DNA of 63,087 nucleotides, the filler included, from Actinomycetales bacterium (GTDB taxonomy: Bacteria; Actinomycetota; Actinomycetes; Actinomycetales; CAVURS01): the NCBI GenBank assembly GCA_045807245.1. It is 3 parts of 3 records of this genome, joined end to end, with 100 filler letters (N's around TTAATTAATTAA, not from the genome) between each part and the next. Parts side by side here need not be neighbours in the genome. Positions count along the whole stretch, not along the records: positions 26,207 to 48,653 come from JBJMHS010000051.1; 2 more parts are not named here. One strand, given 5' to 3'. The position numbers and the translations under genes were made by a program. The notes beneath the pieces are model-generated. The model had not been told where the DNA came from and did not search any database. It saw only the letters and a program-made list of their open reading frames with translations. Below are positions 29,165 to 39,798 of this stretch, one piece after another (position 1 is the first letter of the stretch; every line of letters begins with the position of its first letter).

Positions 29165-30466
29165 CTACTGCCCGAGCACCGAGGTGATCTGGTCGTTGTC
29201 GGCGTCGACGGTCTTCCCGTCGCCCAGGACCGCGTGCCGGACCAGGGACAGCCACGGGCTGTTCGGCGCGTTGAAGGCCTGCTGGAAGTTCAGCGCGACG
29301 GGCGTCTCGCCCTGCCCTGCGACCTGGTTGATGGTCACGACGCGAGGGTCGGCCTTGGAGTACTGGTTGTTGGCGAGGTCACCACGGGAGACGACGTCGT
29401 TGTCCTTGGCCAGCACGCCCACCTGCGCGTCCTCGGACATCATCCAGGACAGGAAGTTCCAGGCCTGGGCCGAGCTCTTGGAGTCCTTGGAGATGCCGAT
29501 GCCATCACCTCCGACGAACGTCGACGCTCCACCGTTAACGCCCGGAAGGCCGGCGACGCCTACGTCGAACTTCGTCGTGGACGACAGAAGCGTGGCGGGA
29601 TAAGGCATCAGGCCAACCTTGCCCGCGGTGAAACCCGCCGTCCAGGTCGGGCCGGCCTCGTCCTTCGAGGACGGCAGCACCGCGCCGGACTTCCACAGGT
29701 CACGCCAGGTGCTGTAGATCGTCTTCTCGGTGTCCCCGTTCAACATCGACTGGCTGCCGTCGGCGTTCATGACCTGCTGGCCGGAAGCCCAGACGCTCGG
29801 GAACCAGGTGAAGACCAGGCAGCCGCCACAGTTCAGGCCGGTAGCCGTGCCGTACACCCCCGGCTTGTGCAGCGCCTGGATCTTCTTGGCGTCGGCCGCG
29901 AACTCGCTCAGCGTGGCGGGGGCCTTGTCGGGGTCGAGCCCGGCCGCCTTGAACAGGTCCTTGTTCCAGAACAACATCGACAGGTCGAGGACGAACGGCA
30001 GGACGTGTTCCTTGCCGTCGAGCGTCCCAGCCGCGAGATGGCCCTTGTTGATCTGGCCCTTGAAGGAGAGGCCGTTGATCTGCGTGGTCAGGTCCTTGAA
30101 CAGCCCTTGCTTGACCCAGTTGGGGACGTAGACGATGTCTGCGGCGAACAGGTCCGGCAGACCCTTCGAGCCGGCCGCTGCGCCGACCTTGGCGACGTAG
30201 TCGTCGTTCGGCACGACGGTCAGGGCCACGTGGTTCTTGTGGCTCGCGTTGTAGGCGGCGACCAGAAGCTTGGCTTGCTTCTCGAGCGGTGCGCGCGTCC
30301 ATAGGGTGAGCTTCGCCCCATCGTCCGTGCCGTTGGGGCCGATGGAGGCCGCGGATGTGGATGATCCCCCACTGCTGCCGCACGCGGCCATGGCCATCGC
30401 CAGGCCGGCGGCGACGACGCCGGCCAGAGCGCGCTGGCGCCTGGAGTGACCCCAGATCCTCGTCAT
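29165..30466 (-). CDS. Sugar ABC transporter substrate-binding lipoprotein
   Basis: ATG 30466 with AGGAG RBS, lipobox MAAC, LFWNKDLFKAAGLDP. Confidence 0.92.
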   Translation of the reverse strand: MTRIWGHSRRQRALAGVVAAGLAMAMAACGSSGGSSTSAASIGPNGTDDGAKLTLWTRAPLEKQAKLLVAAYNASHKNHVALTVVPNDDYVAKVGAAAGSKGLPDLFAADIVYVPNWVKQGLFKDLTTQINGLSFKGQINKGHLAAGTLDGKEHVLPFVLDLSMLFWNKDLFKAAGLDPDKAPATLSEFAADAKKIQALHKPGVYGTATGLNCGGCLVFTWFPSVWASGQQVMNADGSQSMLNGDTEKTIYSTWRDLWKSGAVLPSSKDEAGPTWTAGFTAGKVGLMPYPATLLSSTTKFDVGVAGLPGVNGGASTFVGGDGIGISKDSKSSAQAWNFLSWMMSEDAQVGVLAKDNDVVSRGDLANNQYSKADPRVVTINQVAGQGETPVALNFQQAFNAPNSPWLSLVRHAVLGDGKTVDADNDQITSVLGQ

Positions 30467-30527
30467 GTTGTCTCCTCGTACTCTCCGTCGAGCGGGCGCC
30501 GCTGACGACACCCCGCATGTGGCACCG

Positions 30528-30677
30528 CGAAAAGCATGTCGGCACAGCTCCAGCCATCGGCCGGACCGGTTCCGAAGGGCACAGCTCCCGGCGAGCAACA
30601 GCGTTGGCTCACCAGTGTTTACGAGGAGACCGGATGCATCGCTGCGCACCGAAAATCTCCGAAATGCTTTTCGGAGA
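30528..30677. promoter_or_regulatory. Two putative LacI operators
   Basis: TCTCCGAAA-TGCT-TTTCGGAGA (30656-30677) and CGAAAAGCATGTCGG (30528-30542; 14/15 to the reverse complement of the first). Confidence 0.65.
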
Positions 30678-30771
30678 GTAGTGGCGGTACGGGCACGCGT
30701 CTAGGGGTCCGGGCGATTACAGTTCGGACACGGCCTGAGCCCAACGCCACGACCCCGAGGATGGAGGACCG

Positions 30772-31800
30772 GTGACCCGATCGGAAGTACCGCGCGCCCC
30801 GCGTGCCGTGACGCTCACTGACGTGGCCCGCTTGGCCGGGGTCTCCATCTCCACAGCCTCGAAGGCGCTCAACGGCCGGGACGAGGTCGCCGAAGCGACG
30901 AGGGCACGCGTCCTCGCCGCTGCCGAGCGGCTGTCGTTCAGTCCCAACCCCCTGGCCCGCGGACTGCTCGCCGGGCGCACGGGGACGGTCGGTCTCCTCA
31001 CGAGCGACCTCGAGGGCCGGTTCGTCATCCCGATCCTGATGGGTGCCGAGGATGCGTTCGGGGCCGGCCAGGTGAGCGTCTTCCTGTGTGACGCCCGAGG
31101 CGACACGATCCGCGAACAACATCAGCTCCGAGCGCTGCTCAGCCGACGCGTGGACGGGCTGATCGTCGTCGGCCGGCAGACCGATCCCCGGCCTTCCCTG
31201 GGACATGACATCCCGGTTCCGGTCGTCTATGCCTACGCCCCCTCCGACGACCCGGAGGATCTCTCGCTCACCCCGGACAACGTCGGAGCCGGACGTCTCG
31301 CCGTCGAGCATCTCCTCGCTGGAGGACGCACGAAGATCGTGCACGTCAGCGGCGACCCCGAGTACGCGGCGGCGCAGGACCGGGCGGTTGGGGCGCGGGC
31401 AGCGTTGGCGGCGGCCGGCCTCGACCTGGTCGCGGAGGTGTTCAGCGAGTGGTCCGAGTCATGGGGCAGGGACGCGACGGCCCTTCTGCTCAGGCAGCAT
31501 CCCGACGTGGACGCCATCCTGTGCGGCTCGGACCAGATCGCCCGCGGCGCTCTGGACACGGTTCGCGATCTGGGCCGCAGCGTTCCTGACGACATCGCCG
31601 TCATGGGTTTCGACAACTGGGAGGTGTTGACCACGAATGCCCGCCCCCAGCTGACCAGCATCGATGCGAACCTTCAGCAGCTGGGCCGCACCGCAGCTCA
31701 GCGCGTCTTCGCAGCCCTGGACGGGGTGGACATCGGCGCCGGCACCCACTACCTGCCCGTCCGCCTGGTGATCCGCGGCTCGACGGTGGCCCGCCGTTGA
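30772..31800 (+). CDS. LacI-family regulator (likely controls ABC/GH127 operon)
   Basis: TLTDVARLAGVSISTASKALN HTH; divergent from SBP. Confidence 0.93.
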   Translation: MTRSEVPRAPRAVTLTDVARLAGVSISTASKALNGRDEVAEATRARVLAAAERLSFSPNPLARGLLAGRTGTVGLLTSDLEGRFVIPILMGAEDAFGAGQVSVFLCDARGDTIREQHQLRALLSRRVDGLIVVGRQTDPRPSLGHDIPVPVVYAYAPSDDPEDLSLTPDNVGAGRLAVEHLLAGGRTKIVHVSGDPEYAAAQDRAVGARAALAAAGLDLVAEVFSEWSESWGRDATALLLRQHPDVDAILCGSDQIARGALDTVRDLGRSVPDDIAVMGFDNWEVLTTNARPQLTSIDANLQQLGRTAAQRVFAALDGVDIGAGTHYLPVRLVIRGSTVARR

Positions 31801-31811
31801 CCGAGCCTGCT

Positions 31812-31825
31812 TGTTAACGTACACA
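31812..31825. promoter_or_regulatory. Putative AraR-type operator upstream of second LacI gene
   Basis: TGTTAACGTACACA, imperfect palindrome matching the site before araB. Confidence 0.6.
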
Positions 31826-31865
31826 TTGCAGTGCGGGAAGGCCGTGGACACTGAGAGGGGCAAGG

Positions 31866-32915
31866 GTGCCCGAGGACGCGACCGACGACGCCGGCCGTCG
31901 ACTGCGGCGCCCCCCTGTCATGGCCGACGTGGCCGTGCGGGCGGGAGTGTCTCACCAGACCGTCTCCCGCGTGGTGAACGGCAGCCCGGCGGTCAGCGAA
32001 GCTACTCGGCAGCGCGTCGTCGCGGCGATGCACGAGCTGCGCTACCGCCCCAACGCGTCCGCCCAGGCGCTCAAGCGCCGACGAACCCGTACGGTCGGAG
32101 TGGTGTGTTCCGACACCACCCTGTACGGACCGGCTAGCACGCTGTTCGGGCTGGAAGCCGCCGCCCGCGCGGCCGGATACTCGGTTCGGATCGCCAGCTT
32201 GCGTGAGCTCGACGCGGACTCCGTCCAAGATGCACTCGACTTCCTCGCCCAGCAGGCCGTCGACGGCGTTGCGGTCATCGCGCCCCAACGCTCCGCCGTG
32301 GATGCTCTCGCCAAGGCGCGTCCGGAGGTACCCGCCGTCGTCGTGGAAGGAGATGCCACCGGTGTGTTCGCGACCGCTCGAGTGGACCAGGTGCTCGGCG
32401 GACGGCTGGCGACGCAGTACCTCATCCGGCTTGGACACGAGACCGTCCGGCATCTGGCCGGTCCGGTCGACTGGCTCGAGGCAGAGGGCCGTGAGCATGG
32501 ATGGGCCACCGCTCTGCGCGAAAGCGGCCGTACGCTCCCACCCGTCCTGCGCGGGGACTGGAGCCCGCGCTCCGGCTACGAGGCCGGCAAGCTCCTGTCC
32601 GGGGACGGCGACGTAACTGCGGTCTTCGTGGCGAACGACCAGATGGCACTCGGCGTCCTGCGCGCCTTCCGCGAGGCGGGCGTTTCCGTGCCGGAGGACG
32701 TCAGCATCGTCGGTTTCGACGACATCCCCGAGGCCGACTTCTTCCCTCCGCCTCTGACGACGGTGCGACAGGACTTCGCCGAGCTCGGTCGCCGATGCCT
32801 GGCGCTGCTGCTCACCGCGATGAGCGACGACCCCGATCCCGACGCCGCGGCCGTCATCGCCCCCCAGCTCGTCGTACGGCAGAGCACGGCCCCGCCCCGC
32901 ATCCTCCGGAGCTAG
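31866..32915 (+). CDS. LacI-family regulator (AraR-like)
   Basis: MADVAVRAGVSHQTVSRVVN HTH, VFVANDQMALG, PPLTTVRQ; precedes araBDA. Confidence 0.92.
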   Translation: MPEDATDDAGRRLRRPPVMADVAVRAGVSHQTVSRVVNGSPAVSEATRQRVVAAMHELRYRPNASAQALKRRRTRTVGVVCSDTTLYGPASTLFGLEAAARAAGYSVRIASLRELDADSVQDALDFLAQQAVDGVAVIAPQRSAVDALAKARPEVPAVVVEGDATGVFATARVDQVLGGRLATQYLIRLGHETVRHLAGPVDWLEAEGREHGWATALRESGRTLPPVLRGDWSPRSGYEAGKLLSGDGDVTAVFVANDQMALGVLRAFREAGVSVPEDVSIVGFDDIPEADFFPPPLTTVRQDFAELGRRCLALLLTAMSDDPDPDAAAVIAPQLVVRQSTAPPRILRS

Positions 32916-32952
32916 GCAGCAACCGCGCGCGCTGCTCCTTGCCTTGTCGGTA

Positions 32953-32966
32953 TGTTTGCGTTAACA
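32953..32966. promoter_or_regulatory. Putative AraR-type operator before araB
   Basis: TGTTTGCGTTAACA 7 bp upstream of ATG. Confidence 0.6.
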
Positions 32967-32973
32967 CTGCTCC

Positions 32974-34644
32974 ATGCCCACATCCCAGAACGACGCCGTC
33001 ACCGTCGGCATCGACTTCGGCACCTTGTCCGGCCGGGCCGTGGTCGTGCGCACACGTGACGGCGCGGAGCTGGGCACGGCGGTGCACCACTACGAGCACG
33101 GAGTGATGGCCGACCGGCTTCCGTCGTCCGCTCGGGTCCTGCCGCCCGACTGGGCCTTACAGGTCCCCGGCGACTACGTGAACGTGCTCAAGAATGCGGT
33201 CCCCAAAGCCATCGCGGCGGTCGGCGTCGCGCCGTCGTCTGTGGTCGGGCTGGGGACGGACTTCACCGCCTGCACGGTGTTGCCCACCCTCGCCGACGGG
33301 ACGCCGCTCTGCGATCTGCCCGAGCTGGCGGACCGCCCGCACGCCTACGTCAAACTGTGGCGACATCACGCCGCCCAGGATCAGGCCGACCGGATCAACG
33401 CTCTGGCGCACCAACGAGGCGAGCCCTGGATCTCGCGGTACGGCGGGCGCATCTCCTCGGAGTGGGAGTTCGCCAAGGCGCTCCAGCTGCTCGAGGAGGA
33501 TCCCGAGCTCTATGCGCGGGCCGAGTGTTGGGTCGAAGCGGCCGACTGGATCGTGTGGCAGCTCACCGGCGTCTACGTCCGGAACATGTGCACCAACGGC
33601 TACAAGGCCATCTACCAGGATGGCCACTATCCGAGCGAGGAGTTCCTCGCGGCGCTGCATCCTGACTTCGCCGGGTTCGTGCGCGACAAGGTGCAGGCGC
33701 CGCTGGGTCGGCTCGGTGACCCGGCCGGCCGGCTCAGTACGCAGGCCGCCGAGTGGACCGGCCTGCCTGAGGGCATCACGGTCAGTGTCGGCAACGTCGA
33801 TGCGCACGTGACCGCGCCGGCCGCACGAGCCGTCGAACCCGGCCAGATGGTCGCCATCATGGGGACGTCGACCTGCCACGTCATGAGCTCGGACGTCCTG
33901 GCCGACGTCCCCGGCATGTGCGGCGTCGTCGACGGCGGGATCATCCCCGGACTGTGGGGCTACGAGGCCGGCCAAAGTGGCGTCGGCGACATCTTCGGCT
34001 GGTTCGTCGACCGGTTCGTGCCCCCGTCGTACGTCGCGGAGGCGGCCGAAGCCGGGGTGGGGCTGCACGCGCTGCTGAGCGAGAAGGCGGAGCGGCAGGC
34101 GGTGGGTCAACATGGGCTGGTCGCGTTGGACTGGCAGAGCGGCAACCGGTCGATCCTGGTGGACCACGAGCTGTCCGGCCTCGTCGTCGGACTGACCCTC
34201 GCGTCGACAGCCGAAGACGTCTACCGCGCCCTGCTCGAGGCCACCGCCTTCGGCACCCGGGTGATCATCGAGGCCTTCCGGGACAACGGTGTGCCCGTGG
34301 TCGAGCTGATCATCGCGGGTGGCCTGATCAAGAACTCCCTGCTGATGCAGATCTACAGCGATGTCACCGGGCTCCCGCTGTCCGTCGTCAGCTCGGACCA
34401 AGGTCCTGCCCTGGGCGCAGCGATGCATGCCGCCGTCGCGGCCGGGGCGCATCGGGACATCCGGGCAGCGGCCGAGGCCATGGGCCGTCGTACCGTCGGG
34501 GCGTTCCAGCCCGACCCAGCCCGCTCCGCGGCGTACGACCAGCTGTTCGCGGAGTACCGCCTACTGCACGACTGGTTCGGTCAGGGTGGCAACGACGTCA
34601 TGCATCGCCTGCGGGCGATGCGAGTGCGAGCGAGCAGCCGATGA
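32974..34644 (+). CDS. araB: Ribulokinase
   Basis: GIDFGTLSGRA, DFTACT, YVKLWRHHAAQ, YEAGQSGVGD. Confidence 0.93.
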   Translation: MPTSQNDAVTVGIDFGTLSGRAVVVRTRDGAELGTAVHHYEHGVMADRLPSSARVLPPDWALQVPGDYVNVLKNAVPKAIAAVGVAPSSVVGLGTDFTACTVLPTLADGTPLCDLPELADRPHAYVKLWRHHAAQDQADRINALAHQRGEPWISRYGGRISSEWEFAKALQLLEEDPELYARAECWVEAADWIVWQLTGVYVRNMCTNGYKAIYQDGHYPSEEFLAALHPDFAGFVRDKVQAPLGRLGDPAGRLSTQAAEWTGLPEGITVSVGNVDAHVTAPAARAVEPGQMVAIMGTSTCHVMSSDVLADVPGMCGVVDGGIIPGLWGYEAGQSGVGDIFGWFVDRFVPPSYVAEAAEAGVGLHALLSEKAERQAVGQHGLVALDWQSGNRSILVDHELSGLVVGLTLASTAEDVYRALLEATAFGTRVIIEAFRDNGVPVVELIIAGGLIKNSLLMQIYSDVTGLPLSVVSSDQGPALGAAMHAAVAAGAHRDIRAAAEAMGRRTVGAFQPDPARSAAYDQLFAEYRLLHDWFGQGGNDVMHRLRAMRVRASSR

Positions 34645-35354
34645 CCACCGGACCGATGCGTGGCGGAGAAGAGCTTCGAGCGTTGGTCCGGGGCGTTCGC
34701 GAGACAGTCGCCGCTCTGCATGCCCATCTCACGGCGTACGGACTGGTGAGCTGGACGGCGGGCAACATCTCGGGGCGGGTGCCGGGAAGCGACCTGATGG
34801 TCATCAAGGCCAGCGGTGTGAGCTACGCCGACCTCGGTGCGGAGGCCATGATCGTCTGCGACCTGGACGGCGAGGTGGTCGAGGGTGACCTTCGCCCGTC
34901 CAGCGATACGGCAGCGCACGCCTACGTGTATCGGGCGATGCCCGAGGTCGGCGGGGTCGTGCACACGCACTCCACGTACGCCACCGCCTGGGCGGCTCGC
35001 GGCGAACCCGTGCCCTGCGTGCTGACTGCGATGGCCGACGAGTTCGGGGGGGAGATCCCCATCGGGCCGTTCGCGCTGATCGGCGACGACTCGATCGGCC
35101 AGGGCATCGTCGCCACTCTGCGCGGCCACCGCTCCCCCGCCGTCCTCATGCAGAACCACGGGGTCTTCACCATCGGAGCCGGCCCGCTCGAGGCCGTCAA
35201 GGCCGCTGTGATGTGCGAGGACGTCGCCCGGACCGTGCACATCGCCCGTCAGCTGGGCTCGCCGATCCCGATCAGCGCGGTGGACGTCGACCGGCTCTAT
35301 GGCAGGTACCAGCAGGCATACGGACAGCTCGACGGGATGGGGACCTCTCGGTGA
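34641..35354 (+). CDS. araD: L-ribulose-5-phosphate 4-epimerase
   Basis: [35 protein letters not shown] overlap. Confidence 0.93.
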   Translation: MTTGPMRGGEELRALVRGVRETVAALHAHLTAYGLVSWTAGNISGRVPGSDLMVIKASGVSYADLGAEAMIVCDLDGEVVEGDLRPSSDTAAHAYVYRAMPEVGGVVHTHSTYATAWAARGEPVPCVLTAMADEFGGEIPIGPFALIGDDSIGQGIVATLRGHRSPAVLMQNHGVFTIGAGPLEAVKAAVMCEDVARTVHIARQLGSPIPISAVDVDRLYGRYQQAYGQLDGMGTSR

Positions 35355-36856
35355 AAGCCCAAGCACCACAGGAGATCTGGTTCCTCACCGGCAGCCAGGA
35401 GATGTACGGCGAACGCGTCCTCGAGCAGGTCGCCGACCAGTCTCGGGAGGTCTGCGCACAGCTGGCATCTGGTGTCGATGTCACGGCGCGCATCGTCTGG
35501 AGGCCAGTGCTGACCTCGTCCGATGCCATCCGCCGCGTGTGCCTCGACGCGACCGCGGACGACGCCGTCGTCGGCGTCATCGCATGGATGCACACGTTCT
35601 CCCCGGCGAAGGCCTGGATCGCCGGGCTCGAGGCGCTGGGCAAGCCGTTGCTGCACCTCCACACGCAGGCCAACCGCGCGTTGCCGTGGTCCGAGATCGA
35701 CATGGACTTCATGAACCTCAACCAGGCCGCGCACGGTGATCGCGAGTTCGGGTACATCCAGTCCCGGCTGGGCGTCGTCCGCAAGACCGTTGCCGGGCAT
35801 GTCAGCGACCCGACGGTGGTACGGCGAGTCGACGACTGGGCTCGGGCAGCGACCGGACTGGCCGCAGCCAGATCGCTGCGGATGGCCCGCTTCGGCGACA
35901 ACATGCGCGACGTAGCGGTGACCGACGGGGACAAGGTCGGCGCCCAGGCAGCGCTCGGTGTCTCGGTCAACGGCTACGGCGTGAACGCGCTCGTGGCCGA
36001 GGTCGACGCCGTGTCGGAGCAGGACATCGACACCCTGACGGCGGAGTACCAGGACACCTACGCCGTCGTACCCGAGCTGAGGCGTGACGGCGAGCGGCAC
36101 GAGTCACTGCGGTACGCCGGGCGAATCGAGCTGGGCCTGAGGCATTTCCTCGACGCAGGCGGGTTCACCGCGTTCACGACCAACTTCGAGGACCTCGGCG
36201 GTCTGCGCCAGCTGCCGGGCATCGCCGTACAGCGTCTGATGGCGGATGGGTATGGCTTCGGCGGAGAGGGCGACTGGAAGACCGCGGCGCTGCTGCGGAT
36301 CGTCAAGGTCATGGCCCAGGGGCTGCCTGGCGGCACGTCCTTCATGGAGGACTACACGTACCACTGGGGTCCGGGCGAGCCCAAGATCCTCGGTGCGCAC
36401 ATGCTGGAGGTGTGCCCGACCATCGCGGCTGAGACTCCCACGGTCGAGATCCATCCCCTGGCGATCGGCAACCGCGAGGATCCGGTGCGGATGGTCTTCA
36501 CCGCGCGGCCCGGGCCGGGAGTTGTCGTGGGGCTGTCCGACCTCGGCGGCCGGCTTCGCCTGACGGCCAACGAGGTGGATGTGGTTGAGCCGGACGAACC
36601 GCTGCCGTCGCTCCCCGTCGCTCGTGCGGTCTGGAAGCCGAGACCGAGCCTGACGACCTCCGCGGAGGCGTGGCTCATCGCGGGCGCACCGCACCACACG
36701 GTGCTCAGTACTGCGGTCGGAAGTGAGGTCCTGTCCGACTTCGCGGACATGGTGCGAACGGAGCTGCTGGTGATCGACGGGGAAACGAACACCAGGTCCT
36801 TCAGCAAGGAGCTGCGCTGGAACGAGACGCTCTACCGGTTGGCCCAGCGCCACTGA
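35351..36856 (+). CDS. araA: L-arabinose isomerase
   Basis: [52 protein letters not shown]. Confidence 0.96.
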   Translation: MKAQAPQEIWFLTGSQEMYGERVLEQVADQSREVCAQLASGVDVTARIVWRPVLTSSDAIRRVCLDATADDAVVGVIAWMHTFSPAKAWIAGLEALGKPLLHLHTQANRALPWSEIDMDFMNLNQAAHGDREFGYIQSRLGVVRKTVAGHVSDPTVVRRVDDWARAATGLAAARSLRMARFGDNMRDVAVTDGDKVGAQAALGVSVNGYGVNALVAEVDAVSEQDIDTLTAEYQDTYAVVPELRRDGERHESLRYAGRIELGLRHFLDAGGFTAFTTNFEDLGGLRQLPGIAVQRLMADGYGFGGEGDWKTAALLRIVKVMAQGLPGGTSFMEDYTYHWGPGEPKILGAHMLEVCPTIAAETPTVEIHPLAIGNREDPVRMVFTARPGPGVVVGLSDLGGRLRLTANEVDVVEPDEPLPSLPVARAVWKPRPSLTTSAEAWLIAGAPHHTVLSTAVGSEVLSDFADMVRTELLVIDGETNTRSFSKELRWNETLYRLAQRH

Positions 36857-36897
36857 TCGGCTGGACTGGAGCTGTCTTACCGTATGGAGGCGACCAG

Positions 36898-37332
36898 ATG
36901 GCGCATGCAGAGCACTCCGCGACCGTCGACCGACCGATCCGGGAGGTGTTCGCGTTCTTGGCCGACGGCCTGAACAACCCGCGATGGCGACCCGACGTCA
37001 CCAGCATCGAGCTCGTGTCGGGGTCCCGGCTAGGCGCCCGCTACGCCCAGTCGATGAAGGGCCCCGGCAGGCGGACCATCCGCGGCGACTACACGATCAC
37101 CCGGTACGACGAGCCGAACCGGCTCGACTTCGACGTCACCGCGGGTCCCGCCCGACCGACCGGCTCATTCAGGTTGCGCGAACTGACGCCGACATCCACC
37201 GAAGTCACCTTCGAGCTCACCCTCACGCCGACAGGACTGATGCGCCTGGCCGGCCCGATGATCACCAAGCAGATGCAGACGGAGGTGGCGCGGATCGACG
37301 GGCTCGAGCCAGCGATGGACGAGCGCCTCTAG
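36898..37332 (+). CDS. SRPBCC (polyketide cyclase-like) family protein
   Basis: VDRPIREVFAFLAD..NNPRW pattern; GGAGG RBS. Confidence 0.8.
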   Translation: MAHAEHSATVDRPIREVFAFLADGLNNPRWRPDVTSIELVSGSRLGARYAQSMKGPGRRTIRGDYTITRYDEPNRLDFDVTAGPARPTGSFRLRELTPTSTEVTFELTLTPTGLMRLAGPMITKQMQTEVARIDGLEPAMDERL

Positions 37333-37356
37333 CGAGTGCGGTTGCGCCGACGTGGG

Positions 37357-38031
37357 TCAGGGCAGGTCACGAGCAAGGATCTGCTCCACGACGTCGGCGA
37401 TGTCTCCTCCGACGATGTCGGGCTGAGGGCCAAGGGGGCTCAGTACCATGCCCGGCCGGGCAACGAAAGCCGCCCGGCAGCCGGCAGCGAGCGCTCCCGA
37501 GACGTCCCACGAGTGCGCGGCGACCAGGCGCACGTCGCCGATGGGCACGTCGTACGCCGCCGCGACGGAGCGGTACGGCGCAGGGGCCGGCTTGAGGCTG
37601 CGGGCGGTGTCCGCTGACAGGACTGCGTCGAAGTGCTCGCGGATGCCGGCATGCTGAAGCTGGGCCTCCGCGACATCAAGCGGTGAGTTCGTCAGGGCAG
37701 CGACCTTGATGGGAGTCGCACTCAGCTCGAGCAACGCCGCGGCGACCTCGGGATGCGGCGGAAGGGATGTCATTCGCGCCACCATCGCGGTGGCGTCCTG
37801 GTCCGACACCGAGACACCGGCCCGCCCGGCGACCATGAGCAGCCCCGCGTGCTGAGCGGTGCCGAAATCGACGTACTCGCCGGTGAGTCCGCCCACGAAG
37901 GAGAGCTGCAGCATCTGCGCGAACCATTGCCCGCGCCAGCTCGCCGACCCGAGTACCTCCTCGAACGGAGCGTCGAGTGGGCTCAGGTCCAGCAGGGTCT
38001 CGTTCACATCAAACGCGACGACGGCAGCCAC
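37357..38031 (-). CDS. Haloacid dehalogenase type II (HAD)
   Basis: FDVNETLLD, LTNS, KPAP, VAAHSWDVSGA; probable GTG 38031. Confidence 0.85.
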   Translation of the reverse strand: MAAVVAFDVNETLLDLSPLDAPFEEVLGSASWRGQWFAQMLQLSFVGGLTGEYVDFGTAQHAGLLMVAGRAGVSVSDQDATAMVARMTSLPPHPEVAAALLELSATPIKVAALTNSPLDVAEAQLQHAGIREHFDAVLSADTARSLKPAPAPYRSVAAAYDVPIGDVRLVAAHSWDVSGALAAGCRAAFVARPGMVLSPLGPQPDIVGGDIADVVEQILARDLP

Positions 38032-38113
38032 GAGCTCAATGCTTGCAGCGCGTTGGCCGCAGTGCAGCGCGAGATGAGGCACGCGGAGCCGTTCTTCCCC
38101 GAGACGTCGTGCG

Positions 38114-38578
38114 TCAGGTCGTGACCGGCCCCTCGCCGAGGGGCTCCCAGACCAGCTCGGATACGTCGAGAGCCACCTGGTAACCCCCGCCAGGGCGGGC
38201 CCGGACCTCACCTGCGAGCGTGCACAGCACGTCGTTGAGCCGTGCGTATCGGGAGTCCTCGCTGAGGTGCGTCAGGCTCCCTGTCAGCCGGCGCATCCCG
38301 TCGACCGGTCGAGCCGTGATCCCGTGCCAGGCGAACATCACTACCGCGCCGTCATCCACCTCCAACACCCCGCGGAAGTCCGGCAGCAGCACGCCGTCGA
38401 CCCGCCGCCGCGGGAAGTTGGCCGCCCGCAGCCGAGCCGACACCTGGCCCGAGGTCCGGCCTTCGGCGATGAGAAAAGACTGGGCTTCGGAGCCCCGGTC
38501 ACCGTCCGCCCCGGAGAGCTGGACGGACCAGCTCTCCGGGGTGGCGAAGGTCGCACGGTAGAGCGGTTCGAGGCGCAT
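38114..38578 (-). CDS. DUF3237-like beta-barrel protein
   Basis: MRLEPLYR, NFPRRRVDG, LEVDDGA, DSRYARLN. Confidence 0.6.
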   Translation of the reverse strand: MRLEPLYRATFATPESWSVQLSGADGDRGSEAQSFLIAEGRTSGQVSARLRAANFPRRRVDGVLLPDFRGVLEVDDGAVVMFAWHGITARPVDGMRRLTGSLTHLSEDSRYARLNDVLCTLAGEVRARPGGGYQVALDVSELVWEPLGEGPVTT

Positions 38579-38582
38579 CGAC

Positions 38583-39623
38583 TCAGCTGGCCGCGAGCCC
38601 GGCCACAGTCGCGGGCAGGCCGCCCCATGAACCGACCGGGACAAGCTTGCCGTCGGCCTCGACGTGCCAGCCGAAGATGTGCTGGGAGTCCGCGTCGAGG
38701 GCATAGAGGAACCGGCCGTCCGAGGACAGGTCCTCGTCGCGCAGACCGGTCTGGCCATCGTGGGCCGTCGCGGCAACGGCGTCGTCCAGGACGAGGGAGC
38801 CGTCCGCCGCGATCTGGTATCGGGAGACCGCACCGTCGGCGAAGTTGGTCGTGAAGACGTACCGTCCGTCCAGGCTCGACACAGCCCAACAGATCTCGCT
38901 TCGGCCGTTGCCGATCGACCTGGACGTCGGTTCGAGACCCGTGCCGAGCTGGTACGAGGACGCAGCCGCCGCGCCGACCTTGGCGCCGAACGCTTCGGTC
39001 ACGACCAGGGTGCGCGGACCGGCGAAGGTGAAGCCGTACGGCGTCGGACCGGACGACGGAATCTCCTGAGCGGTAGCCAGGTGGCCTGCGTGGTCCACTG
39101 CGAAGGTCACGATCGAGTCTGTCCCGCGCTGCGTGACGAGCAACGTGGCTCCGTCCGGGGAGAAGCCGACCTGCGCCGGGTCGGCGCCGACCGCCAGCAC
39201 GCGACGGGACTCGTCGATCGGCTCCAGCCCCTGCGTGCCGAGCCGGAACCCGACCACCGCCGGCTCCGCAGTGACCAGCACGTAGACCAGGCCTTCGTGC
39301 TCGGTGACACTCGTGGGGCGGCCACCGGCGTCGATGGTCTGGATCAGTCTCGGACCGGCCTCCTCCAGGGCGAACACCGCGATGTCGTCGCTGCCTGCGT
39401 TGGCCACCAGCAGATGAGCGCCGTCTCCAGTGACAAGGACGGACCCTTGTGAGGTGAGGTGCGGGGCGCCGAGGCCGACGCCGCCGGTCGCGACAGCATC
39501 GAGCTCATCGAGGGAGCCGTCCTCACGGCGGCGAAACGCGAGCACCTGGTTGGCGGACACGTCGTTGGTCTGGACGAACACTCCGGCGAAGCGAGCGCTG
39601 ACGCCGCTGTCGGTGTTGGACAT
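38583..39623 (-). CDS. 6-phosphogluconolactonase-like beta-propeller protein
   Basis: VFVQTND, LVANAGSD, FSPDG, DGRFLYAL blade motifs. Confidence 0.8.
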   Translation of the reverse strand: MSNTDSGVSARFAGVFVQTNDVSANQVLAFRRREDGSLDELDAVATGGVGLGAPHLTSQGSVLVTGDGAHLLVANAGSDDIAVFALEEAGPRLIQTIDAGGRPTSVTEHEGLVYVLVTAEPAVVGFRLGTQGLEPIDESRRVLAVGADPAQVGFSPDGATLLVTQRGTDSIVTFAVDHAGHLATAQEIPSSGPTPYGFTFAGPRTLVVTEAFGAKVGAAAASSYQLGTGLEPTSRSIGNGRSEICWAVSSLDGRYVFTTNFADGAVSRYQIAADGSLVLDDAVAATAHDGQTGLRDEDLSSDGRFLYALDADSQHIFGWHVEADGKLVPVGSWGGLPATVAGLAAS

Positions 39624-39798
39624 GGGAGTTCCTCACTGTGCGGGTGGGCCTGGTCCCCCCTCAGTGCAGGGCCGCGTCCGATCCGTTACACCAGGCGGGA
39701 ACGGCGACTGGCTGGGTGGTTGCTAACACCGGTCGATCGGAGGTCTCCTTGATGGTCGGGTGGAACGCCGGGAGGCGCCGCCCAGAGGAGGAGTAGCC

